Origin: an uncultured Candidatus Saccharibacteria bacterium
Lineage (GTDB): Bacteria; Patescibacteriota; Minisyncoccia; Phycocordibacterales; UBA2100
DNA: 62,467 nucleotides
Assembly (NCBI GenBank): GCA_964399345.1
Contig: CAYNQE010000002.1
Coordinates: 1-62,467 of the forward strand
Direction: 5' to 3'
Positions 26,431-35,007 of this stretch are shown one piece after another. Each line of letters opens with the position of its first letter. The first letter of the stretch is position 1. A program made the position numbers and the translations under genes. The notes below the pieces were generated by a model that saw only the letters and a list, made by a program, of their open reading frames with translations, was not told where the DNA came from and made no database searches.

Positions 26431-27033
26431 CTACTCAAGAATTCCGTCTAAGTTAACGTCGTAGAGCATTTGCTCTTGTACTAATTTGTAGTCTATAAGC
26501 TCTCCTTCTTCAAACCAGTGTGCTAATTCTTTCTCCGCTTCCTCTGGTGATCCTGAAGCGTGGATTAAGTTACGTAACGCTCTTTCGTCTGTGTCTGCAA
26601 GTTGGTATGAATCCAAAACGTAGTCTCCGCGAATTGTTCCCACATCAGATGATAGAGGTTCAGTTCCACCAACAATCTTTCGCACGATTTCAACTGCGTG
26701 TACTCCTTCAAAAACAAAAAATACAACAGGACCACTTGTCATGTATTTTTTAAGTCCTTCTAGAATCTTTGCTGTAATTTCAAGCGGATCCTCTGAAGGT
26801 GGCTCTAAGTCTCTTGCTTTGTATCCTGCAATAGTTTTCTCCCCGGTAACTCGTCTCCATTCTGGATCTAGAGTGTAGTGCTGTTCAATCTTCTCCTCAG
26901 TTGGAACAAGCATTTTAGTACCTACCAACTTCAGGCCGATCGCTTCGTGTCGCTTTAAAATCTCCCCTATTAAAGAGCGTTGTACTCCATCGGGTTTTAT
27001 TATAACCAGTGTTCTTTCGTTCTTGTTTGCCAT
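26431..27033 (-). CDS. ndk: Nucleoside diphosphate kinase with internal insertions
   Basis: ERTLVIIKPDGVQRSLIGEIL, TIRGDY and the active-site His in LIHASGSPEEAEKELAHWF. At 200 aa it is longer than the usual 140-150 aa because of extra segments. Confidence 0.88.
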   Translation of the reverse strand: MANKNERTLVIIKPDGVQRSLIGEILKRHEAIGLKLVGTKMLVPTEEKIEQHYTLDPEWRRVTGEKTIAGYKARDLEPPSEDPLEITAKILEGLKKYMTSGPVVFFVFEGVHAVEIVRKIVGGTEPLSSDVGTIRGDYVLDSYQLADTDERALRNLIHASGSPEEAEKELAHWFEEGELIDYKLVQEQMLYDVNLDGILE

Positions 27034-27093
27034 ATTGAAATTCTTAAAAATATAGAGGGTACTTTAGCATATCTTTAGAGTTCCGCCCATAAG

Positions 27094-27122
27094 TTGACAG
27101 AGATTGATATCTATATTAAAGT
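27094..27122 (+). promoter_or_regulatory. Candidate sigma-70 promoter for the 27162 ORF
   Basis: TTGACA (27094-27099), 17-nt spacer, TAAAGT (27117-27122). Confidence 0.35.
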
Positions 27123-27161
27123 CTCATTAGACAAACGGCTAATAGAAAAGGATAGGCCACA

Positions 27162-27569
27162 ATGCACGATAAAAATCACGTAACAAATCCAGATATCGCT
27201 CAACAAATTTTGTGGACGTTAAACGGCGAGGCCCTGCACGAAAATTTCACAAACACTTTTCCAAAACTTATGCAAAGTGATGAGATTCTTGGTGAATTAC
27301 CGGATCATTTGAAGAATCTTGCGCGCTTCCTATGCGTTCTTGAAGCGCGTGTTCTTAAGTGCATGGACCAAGAGGCGCTTAGTCGATCCATGAATGAACA
27401 TGGCGCCGTAAAAAATGTTTTAGATGTTTCAACGATAAGCATCTTCGGCAGCCTCGGTTCAGATAAACCAATTGGTATTCGTTCAGAATTTCAGGTGGTA
27501 ACCTGGGATATGAAAGGGCCGGAAATCGCAGCCTTTGAAGAAATTGCAAAAAAAATTGGCTTAATTTAA
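27162..27569 (+). CDS. Orphan cytoplasmic protein (135 aa)
   Basis: AAGGA 9 nt upstream and no recognisable motif. A terminator hairpin is shared with the convergent ATPase gene. Confidence 0.5.
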   Translation: MHDKNHVTNPDIAQQILWTLNGEALHENFTNTFPKLMQSDEILGELPDHLKNLARFLCVLEARVLKCMDQEALSRSMNEHGAVKNVLDVSTISIFGSLGSDKPIGIRSEFQVVTWDMKGPEIAAFEEIAKKIGLI

Positions 27570-27580
27570 GTCAGCCAGAG

Positions 27581-27601
27581 CCCCCGCCCAAAAGACGGGG
27601 G
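27581..27601. terminator. GC hairpin between convergent genes
   Basis: CCCCCG-CCCAAAAGA-CGGGGG followed by TTCTCTATTT. Confidence 0.6.
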
Positions 27602-27605
27602 TTCT

Positions 27606-30332
27606 CTATTTATACTTCATCGCAATTTCTGCTTCAACCTCCTCCCTATTACGTCCATATTTCTGATAAGACATTTGTTTTAACTGTTCTACTTTTTCAA
27701 AATCCACTTCCATAGGAGGAAGTGTAACCATATTAAATGGTCTTACGGGCTTACCGCCAACCAAAAGTGAAATGTATGCGTTAAAGTTATCTAACCCTGC
27801 TATGTCTGGTGCATTAAACTCTGGTTGAAACTGGCTTTCAAGAAATTGAGCGTCTTCATTTCCAACGCGAAAGACACATTTCGTTCCAACGTTTCCAAAA
27901 ACTGAATCTTTTATCCGATCATCAAGCTGTGAGATGAATTGGTGAGCAATGTTTAAAGACAACCTATACTTTCGTGCTTCAGACAGGATAGTTGCAATTG
28001 AAGGAGTGGTAAAGTTTTGGAATTCATCTATGTATAGATAGAAATCTGAAATTTGCCCGCCTGAGGCTACTACATCTACGCGAGAGAGTGCAGCTTGTAA
28101 GAACTTTCCTACAATTATCAGCCCAAGAAGTTCTGAGTTTAACTCTCCAAGCCTTCCTTTTGAAAGATTGACCAGAAGAATCTTCTTGTTATCCATTATA
28201 TCTCTAAAATTAAATGCAGATGTTGATTGAGCTATTATCGGACGCATTGTGTCGTTACTCAAGAAGATATCCGTCTTTGCAGTAATGTAGGGAACAATGT
28301 TTTCAAGAGAAGCATCGCCTCCTGCTTGTTCTGCTATTTCATTCCAGAACTGATTAATCATTACATTTTTAGAATTAGCGATAAGGGAGCGCCTAAATTC
28401 GGTATTAGCTAACACTCTTGGAATATCTGCCATCGTTGCAGTACCTGCCGGCATTCCTTCAAGAACAAGCATGGCAGCGTTTCTGAAGTATTGTTCAAAC
28501 ATTGGCCCAAGCGACTCTGGAGACTTTTCCAAAAACAACTTCTCAAAGATACTGAAGATTTCATTAACAACAAATGTCTTCTGTTCGGGAAATTCTGGAT
28601 TAAATTCCATCATATTAAGTCCCATCGGTGCTTCCATGTGTGCAGGATCGAAATATATAACATCGTCGTAGCGTTCAGGTGGAACTGCAGCTAAGACATC
28701 AACAATATCTGACCCGTGAGGATCGATATAGCAACAACCTTCTCCATTTTGGATATCTTGAATAATCATATTCTTCATCAGGTTAGTTTTACCTGTTCCT
28801 GTTTGTCCAATTTCATAGAAATGACGCATTCGGTCTTCACGAGAAAAGTGCACAGGGGTTTCTCCTCCTCCAAACATGTTCTTTCCTAAGATTATCCCTT
28901 CAGAATTAACTTCAATTGGTGCAGCGACCTGTTTTGATCGAGCTTGCTTTAATTCTCTTGAAGAAGATACTCCCTTGCCTGTTAGGTGATACATTCCCGT
29001 GAGTTCACTAATTGAAAGTGGTAAAACTTTTTTAGTATTAAGCGTTCTAAAAGTAAACGCGTGTAAAAATTCTCGTAAGGCCGCCCCATTTTGCTGAACA
29101 AAGCTTAATGAATTACCCTGAGGTTCTTCAAACTGATTAAACGCCGAAGATATAGTTTCCATAATCTCCTCCGCACGTTGTGCTTCATGTGCTGAGGCTA
29201 TAATTCGAATGTTAACTGGAACAATACGGCTATTAACCTTTCTTGTTATGTTCTCTAAGGCGATTTCATCCACAACCTTCTCTTTGTTTGGATCTTTCTT
29301 TGTATTAAAAACTGCATCTTTAAGAGACGCTCCTGCAACATCCATTGCCTCAGAGAACGGAGACATGCCGTGCTTAATGGCCTTGCCTGCTTTTTTACCC
29401 CCTCGAATATTATCTAATATGCTTTTGTATTGTTTGCTGTAAACATCTCCGTCGTCTCCGATAACAAACTGGATGGCAGCTCCTTCTCCGTGTTTTTTTA
29501 ACTTACTAAATGCCGAAAGAATTATATTCAATGGATCGTGTGAAAATTCCTCATAGCCTTTGATTGGGTACACTGGTGCTTTTTCAAGTTGTCCGTAAGA
29601 GCCAACATGGAACCCTCCGTCAGTAAATATATTGTAATCTCCTCGGGATTCTTCAATGTGTGCGTTGGGGAAAGTTGCAATAATATGTTTTTGGAATAAG
29701 TCTGCGTTTTTTCTTGGGACAGCAACATAGAATATGACCTCTTCACCGCCTTCTGCTACTGCAATTTCAACTGTAAAGCTTCCGCCTTTGTGAATTGCAC
29801 TCAACATTCCTAAATAGAACTGCTCCATTGCAGCCAAAAGCCGTTCAAGCTCTTTGTCTTGATCTTCAACTGTTTGTGAAGCCAGAGAGACTTCATATAA
29901 AACGGTGTCGATTGATTTATGAACTTCAGAACTTGATTTTAACTCTGAAGGAAGGCCTTCTGCAACGTAGCGAACTAATGCGCGGTGTAAATCATCTTCA
30001 AGATGCGCGCTATTCATCTTGCTCACCACTTTCATGGTGTTTTTTATTCCTCTTTCTTGAACAATTCGTAGTAACTCATCAACTTGAACATCGTGTTCTT
30101 CAGGTTCAAGCCGCAGAGTCTCTTGGAGTATTGTTGTTTCGGGCATTTCGTACTTTTCTTCCAGAACATGTTCTGAAGGAACATCCTGGTAGTGACTAAC
30201 CTCACGCTTTGCTAAGCGCTCCTTTTCAAAAGGATCTTTATCGACTTCTAGTTCAGTTTCTTTTATTCGAACTCTCTCTCGAAGGTATTCGAGTTCTTGT
30301 TCAGGTGTAGAAAAACGCTCAAGGGTTGCCAT
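27606..30332 (-). CDS. Soluble VirD4/TraD/TrwB-like (FtsK-HerA superfamily) P-loop ATPase with a roughly 480-aa uncharacterised N-terminal region
   Basis: 908 aa. Walker A GQTGTGKTN, Walker B LYIDEFQNF, and a C-terminal AHQFISQL...GTKCVFRVG pattern typical of type IV coupling-protein ATPase domains. No TM helices seen. TATAAT (30339-30344, minus) lies 6 nt upstream of the ATG. Confidence 0.7.
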   Translation of the reverse strand: MATLERFSTPEQELEYLRERVRIKETELEVDKDPFEKERLAKREVSHYQDVPSEHVLEEKYEMPETTILQETLRLEPEEHDVQVDELLRIVQERGIKNTMKVVSKMNSAHLEDDLHRALVRYVAEGLPSELKSSSEVHKSIDTVLYEVSLASQTVEDQDKELERLLAAMEQFYLGMLSAIHKGGSFTVEIAVAEGGEEVIFYVAVPRKNADLFQKHIIATFPNAHIEESRGDYNIFTDGGFHVGSYGQLEKAPVYPIKGYEEFSHDPLNIILSAFSKLKKHGEGAAIQFVIGDDGDVYSKQYKSILDNIRGGKKAGKAIKHGMSPFSEAMDVAGASLKDAVFNTKKDPNKEKVVDEIALENITRKVNSRIVPVNIRIIASAHEAQRAEEIMETISSAFNQFEEPQGNSLSFVQQNGAALREFLHAFTFRTLNTKKVLPLSISELTGMYHLTGKGVSSSRELKQARSKQVAAPIEVNSEGIILGKNMFGGGETPVHFSREDRMRHFYEIGQTGTGKTNLMKNMIIQDIQNGEGCCYIDPHGSDIVDVLAAVPPERYDDVIYFDPAHMEAPMGLNMMEFNPEFPEQKTFVVNEIFSIFEKLFLEKSPESLGPMFEQYFRNAAMLVLEGMPAGTATMADIPRVLANTEFRRSLIANSKNVMINQFWNEIAEQAGGDASLENIVPYITAKTDIFLSNDTMRPIIAQSTSAFNFRDIMDNKKILLVNLSKGRLGELNSELLGLIIVGKFLQAALSRVDVVASGGQISDFYLYIDEFQNFTTPSIATILSEARKYRLSLNIAHQFISQLDDRIKDSVFGNVGTKCVFRVGNEDAQFLESQFQPEFNAPDIAGLDNFNAYISLLVGGKPVRPFNMVTLPPMEVDFEKVEQLKQMSYQKYGRNREEVEAEIAMKYK

Positions 30333-30355
30333 GAACGTATTATACCGTGCTCCGT

Positions 30356-31111
30356 CTATTCTTCGTGTGCTGTTAACACCTGCGGTTCGTTCTTTCCAAC
30401 AATTACAGTATGTTCAAACTGTGCACTCCTTGAACCATCAATCGTCTCGTAGAGCCATTGATCATCCATTAGTTTTACATCCCCCTTACCGCCAACGAGT
30501 ATCGGCTCAAGTGCTAAAACCATTCCTTCTTCTAATACAAGTCCTGTACCAGGAGCCCCGTATGTTGAAACAAACGGAGGTTCGTGAACTTCCTTTCCTA
30601 CTCCGTGTCCTCCTAATTCCTGTGGAGAATTGAATCCGTGTTTTTTTAATACTTGCTCTGATGCGTAACCAATATCACCAACGGTGTTTCCAACAATTGC
30701 AGCAGAAACTTGTGCATCGCGTGTCTCAAGGGCAGCATAAATTAATTTTTGATCCTTATCCGAGATATTCCCAACCCCTATTGTTATCGCTGAATCAGTA
30801 CAAAGATCTTTATGCCAAATTCCAGTGTCTAGCGTTAAAATATCTCCCTCTTTAAGATCATAACTTCCTGGAATACCGTGAACCACACCTTCATTTACTG
30901 AAATACAAATTACAGCGGGAAACGGCGGACTTCCAATACCTAAAAAAGAAGGCTTAACGGAATTCTCTTCCATTAATTCACGAGTGTAAGAGTCTAGTTC
31001 AATTAACGTGGTTCCTACAGTACATCTCTCTCCTACTTTAAAAAGTATCTCCGCTAATATCTTTCCTCCTTCAACTAAAGCTTCTCTTTCTTGTTGTGTT
31101 TTAACTATCAT
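30356..31111 (-). CDS. map: Type I methionine aminopeptidase
   Basis: Metal-ligand pattern ...DILTLDTG..., ...GHGVGKEVHEPP..., ...LALEPIL..., ...AQFEHTVIV. Start set at MIVKTQQEREAL (31111), overlapping the adk end by 11 nt. Confidence 0.9.
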   Translation of the reverse strand: MIVKTQQEREALVEGGKILAEILFKVGERCTVGTTLIELDSYTRELMEENSVKPSFLGIGSPPFPAVICISVNEGVVHGIPGSYDLKEGDILTLDTGIWHKDLCTDSAITIGVGNISDKDQKLIYAALETRDAQVSAAIVGNTVGDIGYASEQVLKKHGFNSPQELGGHGVGKEVHEPPFVSTYGAPGTGLVLEEGMVLALEPILVGGKGDVKLMDDQWLYETIDGSRSAQFEHTVIVGKNEPQVLTAHEE

Positions 31112-31691
31112 GTAGTTTTTTGACAATGTCTTTGTGAATTTCTTCAATTGAAGGTGCTCCATCGACATGATGTATCTTACAATCAAAGCTTTCAAACTTT
31201 TCTAGAATGGCTTTTGTGTGTTCTTTTGACCAACCTATTCTCTTTCGTATGTTTTCTTCAGAATCATCTCCTCTTCCCCTACCTAAGAGTCTCTCTGTTG
31301 CAGTATCTTCGTCTAGGTCGATAGTAACAACGTGATAGGGATTACGTTTGTATAATCTCATCATTGAATCGATCATTACGGTCTGGTTTTCGCGCCTTGC
31401 CGCCCCATCAAAAATCAAGTTCTCTTCCCCTGTGAAGTTTTCAACCATTTCCTGCCCTAATACGTAAACCGGCATGAAAGAAGGGAGTAGCTCTCCATCG
31501 GAAATTTCCTTTTTCACAATCTCGTTTGTGAATCCGCTCTGGGACATAAACTCACGAAGAAGTTGCCCTGTTTCAAGATACAGAGTATTAGTCTCTGTAT
31601 GCTCATCTAGATACTTCTTTAGAAGCCTGGCCTGAGTTCCCTTTCCTGAACCTTGTATTCCAAAAAATATTACTGTTATTGGTGTTTTCAT
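31101..31691 (-). CDS. adk: Adenylate kinase (short lid)
   Basis: P-loop GIQGSGKGTQ, LIFDGAARR, and lid RGRGDDSEENIRKR without a Cys4 zinc motif. Confidence 0.9.
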   Translation of the reverse strand: MKTPITVIFFGIQGSGKGTQARLLKKYLDEHTETNTLYLETGQLLREFMSQSGFTNEIVKKEISDGELLPSFMPVYVLGQEMVENFTGEENLIFDGAARRENQTVMIDSMMRLYKRNPYHVVTIDLDEDTATERLLGRGRGDDSEENIRKRIGWSKEHTKAILEKFESFDCKIHHVDGAPSIEEIHKDIVKKLHDS

Positions 31692-31695
31692 TGAC

Positions 31696-32259
31696 CTAAA
31701 GATACTTCTCTTTACTAAGAATGTCCATAACTTCGCTAATTGTTTCTTCTAGCTTTCCTTCTTTGTTTTCGACTATGTAATCATACGCATCAGTGTGGTG
31801 TAGCCACTCCTTCGTATATTTCATACGCTTTGCAATATGCTCTTCTGTAGCTCGATCGCGACGTCGAATTCGAGCCTCCAGAACGTCCGGCGTCGCGGTT
31901 ATCATAATTGAAATAATTTCAGGAAACTTTTCTTTTGCAGTTAGTACTCCTTTGTATTCAATCTTCCATACGCCAATTCCAGGTGCTTTATTAACCCTTT
32001 CAAGTTCCTCGCGTGTTACACCGTAGAGATTGTCATTATATTCACGCGCCCATTCAACCATTTCGCCATCCTTAATCTTTTCTTCAAACTCTTCAACTGA
32101 AATATAGTGATACGGATTACCTTCAGATTCTCCTTCTCTTTTTTTCCTTGTAGTTGTTGTTATGACCCGTGTTATTGTTGTAAGTTTTTGAAGACCTTCA
32201 ATTACAGAATCCTCCCCCGCACCAGATGGGCCTGAGATAATAACAATGTTTGTTTTCAT
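31696..32259 (-). CDS. gmk: Guanylate kinase homologue with a non-canonical P-loop (GPSGAGEDS)
   Basis: 187 aa. TTTRKKREGESEGNPYHYIS, YGVT, and overall Gmk-like collinearity. However, the Walker A Lys-Ser/Thr positions read Glu-Asp (codons GAG GAT confirmed on the DNA). Confidence 0.75.
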   Translation of the reverse strand: MKTNIVIISGPSGAGEDSVIEGLQKLTTITRVITTTTRKKREGESEGNPYHYISVEEFEEKIKDGEMVEWAREYNDNLYGVTREELERVNKAPGIGVWKIEYKGVLTAKEKFPEIISIMITATPDVLEARIRRRDRATEEHIAKRMKYTKEWLHHTDAYDYIVENKEGKLEETISEVMDILSKEKYL

Positions 32260-32271
32260 GAGAGTAGTATA

Positions 32272-32489
32272 TCAAAAGCCCCGCGAAAGAAATACGCGGG
32301 GCTTAAAATCAAGTGTGAACATCGGACCTGGTAGATCCAAGAATGCGGGTCCATCTCTGGACTCGCGTTCGCGGCTCTCCTGGAGGCGATCTATTGCCTC
32401 CTGATTGCAATCAGGACAAGGTCCGCAATTGCCATCTCAGGCCAGACGTATTTAACGTCTCCGCATGTGTTGCACATCTTAGTTACCAT
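32272..32489 (-). pseudogene. Possible frameshifted small zinc-ribbon gene
   Basis: Frame A (32391-32489) reads MVTKMCNTCGDVKYVWPEMAIADLVLIAIRRQ*. The -1 frame continues GNCGPCPDCNQEAIDRLQESRERESRDGPAFLDLPGPMF...*. Joining the frames near 32436 gives CxxC-x12-CxxCxxC. Confidence 0.35.
32278..32302 (-). terminator. Strong intrinsic terminator shape directly upstream of gmk
   Basis: Minus strand reads GCCCCGCG-TATTTCTTT-CGCGGGGC followed by TTTTGATAT. The gmk ATG is 18 nt further downstream. Confidence 0.7.
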
Positions 32490-32490
32490 C

Positions 32491-32691
32491 TTACTCTTGT
32501 GCTGCGGTCTTGTGTGTCAACACTTTCACTAGAACAATCGGCGCAAACAAAGAGATTAGAGTAGCTCCGATTACCCTCTCTGCCATATTCAGGCTTTGGG
32601 GAGCCGAAGAGATTACTGGCACAAACACAATTACTGAACATAATGCCCATCCTGCTGCAAAAATCGCTAAGAAGGTCCTTCGAAAATCCAT
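32491..32691 (-). CDS. Small two-TM membrane protein (66 aa)
   Basis: MDFRRTFLAIFAAGWALCSVIVFVPV...VIGATLISLFAPIVLVKVL. Start set at the internal Met, since the longer track ORF would overlap the secY 3' end. Confidence 0.45.
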   Translation of the reverse strand: MDFRRTFLAIFAAGWALCSVIVFVPVISSAPQSLNMAERVIGATLISLFAPIVLVKVLTHKTAAQE

Positions 32692-32749
32692 AACGTGCCC
32701 TTTCGCACTTGTTTCAACTGCCTTATATACCTTAAAATATAGAAAATAT

Positions 32750-34024
32750 CTAGTACTCCCGAATAGAAATCTGCGCTTCAACTCTCTTAACAATGTCTAG
32801 AATAACAGAAACTGCAATCAGTAACGCTGTTCCACCAATAGTTAGTGTAGTTATACCTGTAACTCCCTGCATGATAACGGGAAGAACGGCAATACCTCCT
32901 AGGAAGAGAGCTCCAACTAATGTAATGCGAGTTACAATGTCGGCAACATGACTTGTAGTTTGCTCACCCGGACGAATCCCAGGGATAAAGGCACCACTTT
33001 TTTGTAAGTTATTTGAAATACGGTTTGGATCAAATGTAACTGCTGTATAGAAATATGTGAAGAAGAACACCATTGCAAAGTATAGAGCACCGTAGATCCA
33101 CTGATTAGCAAGGCCATTAACTACAGCATTTGCCGCATTTGCTACAAATGGAACTACACTGTTTGCAAAGAAAGCGGCTATCACTTGTGGAAATAGTAAT
33201 ATTGAAAGTGCGAAAATAATTGGAATAACACCAGCTTGGTTTACTCTAATCGGTAAGTACGTAGAAACTCCACCAGATTGTTTTGATCCTCTAGTTTGAC
33301 GAGCGTACGTTATTGGAATTGGGCGTTCGGCTTCTGTTATAAACACAACTCCTGCAACAACAGCAGTAGATGCAACAGCAAATCCTAGATAAAGTGGAAT
33401 CTGTGATACATCAAATGTAAATACCAACTGACTAACAGCACCAGGAAGACTTGAAACGATTCCTGCGAAAATTATCAAAGAAACTCCGTTTCCAATACCA
33501 AATTCGGTGATAAGTTCACCAATCCACATAAGAAGGATGGATCCTGCTGCAATAACCAGCACGTTAGTCATCATTGCTGAGAATTCAAGTGGCGGAACGA
33601 TTCCGTTTTGTTGTAATAGTGTTAAAAAGGCAAATGACTGCATAAACGCAAGAGGTACCGTTAGATAACGTGACCATTGCGTGAACTTAGCGCGTCCTGC
33701 CTCACCCTCTTCTTGGTGCATAGCCTTCATTTTTGGAGAAAGTACCGTCATCAACTGCATAATGATTGACGCAGTAATAAACGGACCTACTCCGATCATA
33801 ACTATCGAAAGGTTTGATAGACCACCTCCTGAGAACAGGTTAAGAAGTCCTAAAAATTGGTTGTTTGAAAAGAATTCTTCAAGTCTTAATACATCTACTC
33901 CTGGAATTGGAATTGTAGCTAAAATACGAAACACGATTAATGCTCCTAACATGAATAGGATACGCTTACGCAATGATTCGTCTTTTACTACTAGCTTTAG
34001 TTTTCTGAAAAAAGTATTAATCAT
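32750..34024 (-). CDS. secY: Preprotein translocase subunit SecY
   Basis: 424 aa, 10 TM helices, with conserved GGLSNLSIVMIGVGPFITASIIMQL and a position after rplO. Confidence 0.95.
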   Translation of the reverse strand: MINTFFRKLKLVVKDESLRKRILFMLGALIVFRILATIPIPGVDVLRLEEFFSNNQFLGLLNLFSGGGLSNLSIVMIGVGPFITASIIMQLMTVLSPKMKAMHQEEGEAGRAKFTQWSRYLTVPLAFMQSFAFLTLLQQNGIVPPLEFSAMMTNVLVIAAGSILLMWIGELITEFGIGNGVSLIIFAGIVSSLPGAVSQLVFTFDVSQIPLYLGFAVASTAVVAGVVFITEAERPIPITYARQTRGSKQSGGVSTYLPIRVNQAGVIPIIFALSILLFPQVIAAFFANSVVPFVANAANAVVNGLANQWIYGALYFAMVFFFTYFYTAVTFDPNRISNNLQKSGAFIPGIRPGEQTTSHVADIVTRITLVGALFLGGIAVLPVIMQGVTGITTLTIGGTALLIAVSVILDIVKRVEAQISIREY

Positions 34025-34475
34025 GTTTTATCTCACCCCCTGCTTTTTCAATTGCAGCTATTGCAGTCTTAGATACTGCACATTTTTCAATTGTAAGTTT
34101 TATCTTAAGTTCTCCTGTTCCTAGGATTTTCACTTTTGGTGCTCTTCCTGCACTATTACTCACTATTCCCTTTTCTACAAGTGTAGTTGGGCTAACTACC
34201 TCTCCTGCCTTAAAGGCCTCTTCTAGTTTAGTTAGGTTAACTGGAGTGTGTGCTACTTTAGAGCTGTTTACCGTTCGAGAGCGGTTAATACCGTGTCCAC
34301 GTAGTTTAGGAAGCTTCTTGATCATGTCACGAAGCTCTGGTCGAACACCGTGTCCTCCGTGTTGCATCTGCCCTTTGTGACCACGTCCTGCAGTTTTACC
34401 ACACTTTCCACCGCGACCTATTCGTCGCTTTGTTTTTTGAGATGGGCTTTTTGTAAGTGAATTTAATCCAGTCAT
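34017..34475 (-). CDS. rplO: 50S ribosomal protein L15
   Basis: RRIGRGGKCGKTAGRGHKGQ motif. It directly follows rpsE with a 1-nt gap and no L30 gene between them. Confidence 0.95.
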   Translation of the reverse strand: MTGLNSLTKSPSQKTKRRIGRGGKCGKTAGRGHKGQMQHGGHGVRPELRDMIKKLPKLRGHGINRSRTVNSSKVAHTPVNLTKLEEAFKAGEVVSPTTLVEKGIVSNSAGRAPKVKILGTGELKIKLTIEKCAVSKTAIAAIEKAGGEIKHD

Positions 34476-34476
34476 A

Positions 34477-35004
34477 TTATTTTTCTAGTTTTTGTAACGC
34501 AATAATCGTAGCGCGTGCAATGTTTGTCTTGTTTTTACTTCGGGAAAGAATCTTTGAAGTAATATCAGTAACCCCTCCTAATTCAAGTACGGTTCGAACT
34601 GACGCTCCTGCAACAAGACCTCTACCTTGTGCTGGTCGAATCTGAATTAAGGTTGAGCCATACTTTGCATCAACATTGTGTGCAATGGAGTTTGATTCTG
34701 TTCTCTTTACAGTAATCATATTCTTTTTAGCATTTCGAATTGCTTTTTCGATTGCAAGAGCCGTGTCTCCTGCTTTTCCGGTTCCAACTCCAACTCTTCC
34801 TTTCTTGTCTCCGATAACCATAGCAACAGAGAAGCTAAATCGACGACCACCGGCCATCACACGAGTAACACGACGAATACCAATTATCTTCTGAGCAAAC
34901 TCAGGAGTACGGTCAAAACGTTCGCTCTTCTTGCGCCTATTAGTAGGACGCTTACGAGGCATTCGCTTTTCTACTTCTTTTGTTGATGTTTTCTCGTCTG
35001 TCAT
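34477..35004 (-). CDS. rpsE: 30S ribosomal protein S5
   Basis: IGIRRVTRVMAGGRRFSFSVAMVIGDKKGRVGVGTGKA is the classic S5 pattern. Confidence 0.95.
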   Translation of the reverse strand: MTDEKTSTKEVEKRMPRKRPTNRRKKSERFDRTPEFAQKIIGIRRVTRVMAGGRRFSFSVAMVIGDKKGRVGVGTGKAGDTALAIEKAIRNAKKNMITVKRTESNSIAHNVDAKYGSTLIQIRPAQGRGLVAGASVRTVLELGGVTDITSKILSRSKNKTNIARATIIALQKLEK

Positions 35005-35007
35005 ATA

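Noticed and set aside
32434-32438. Programmed -1 ribosomal frameshift, or UGA recoding (genetic code 25), to explain the split zinc-ribbon ORF
   Set aside because: There is no slippery heptamer at the frame switch. The second frame has a TAA a few codons further upstream as well as the TGA. TGA clearly acts as a stop elsewhere in the window (the ECF sigma gene and the nucleotidyltransferase partner ORF, for example).
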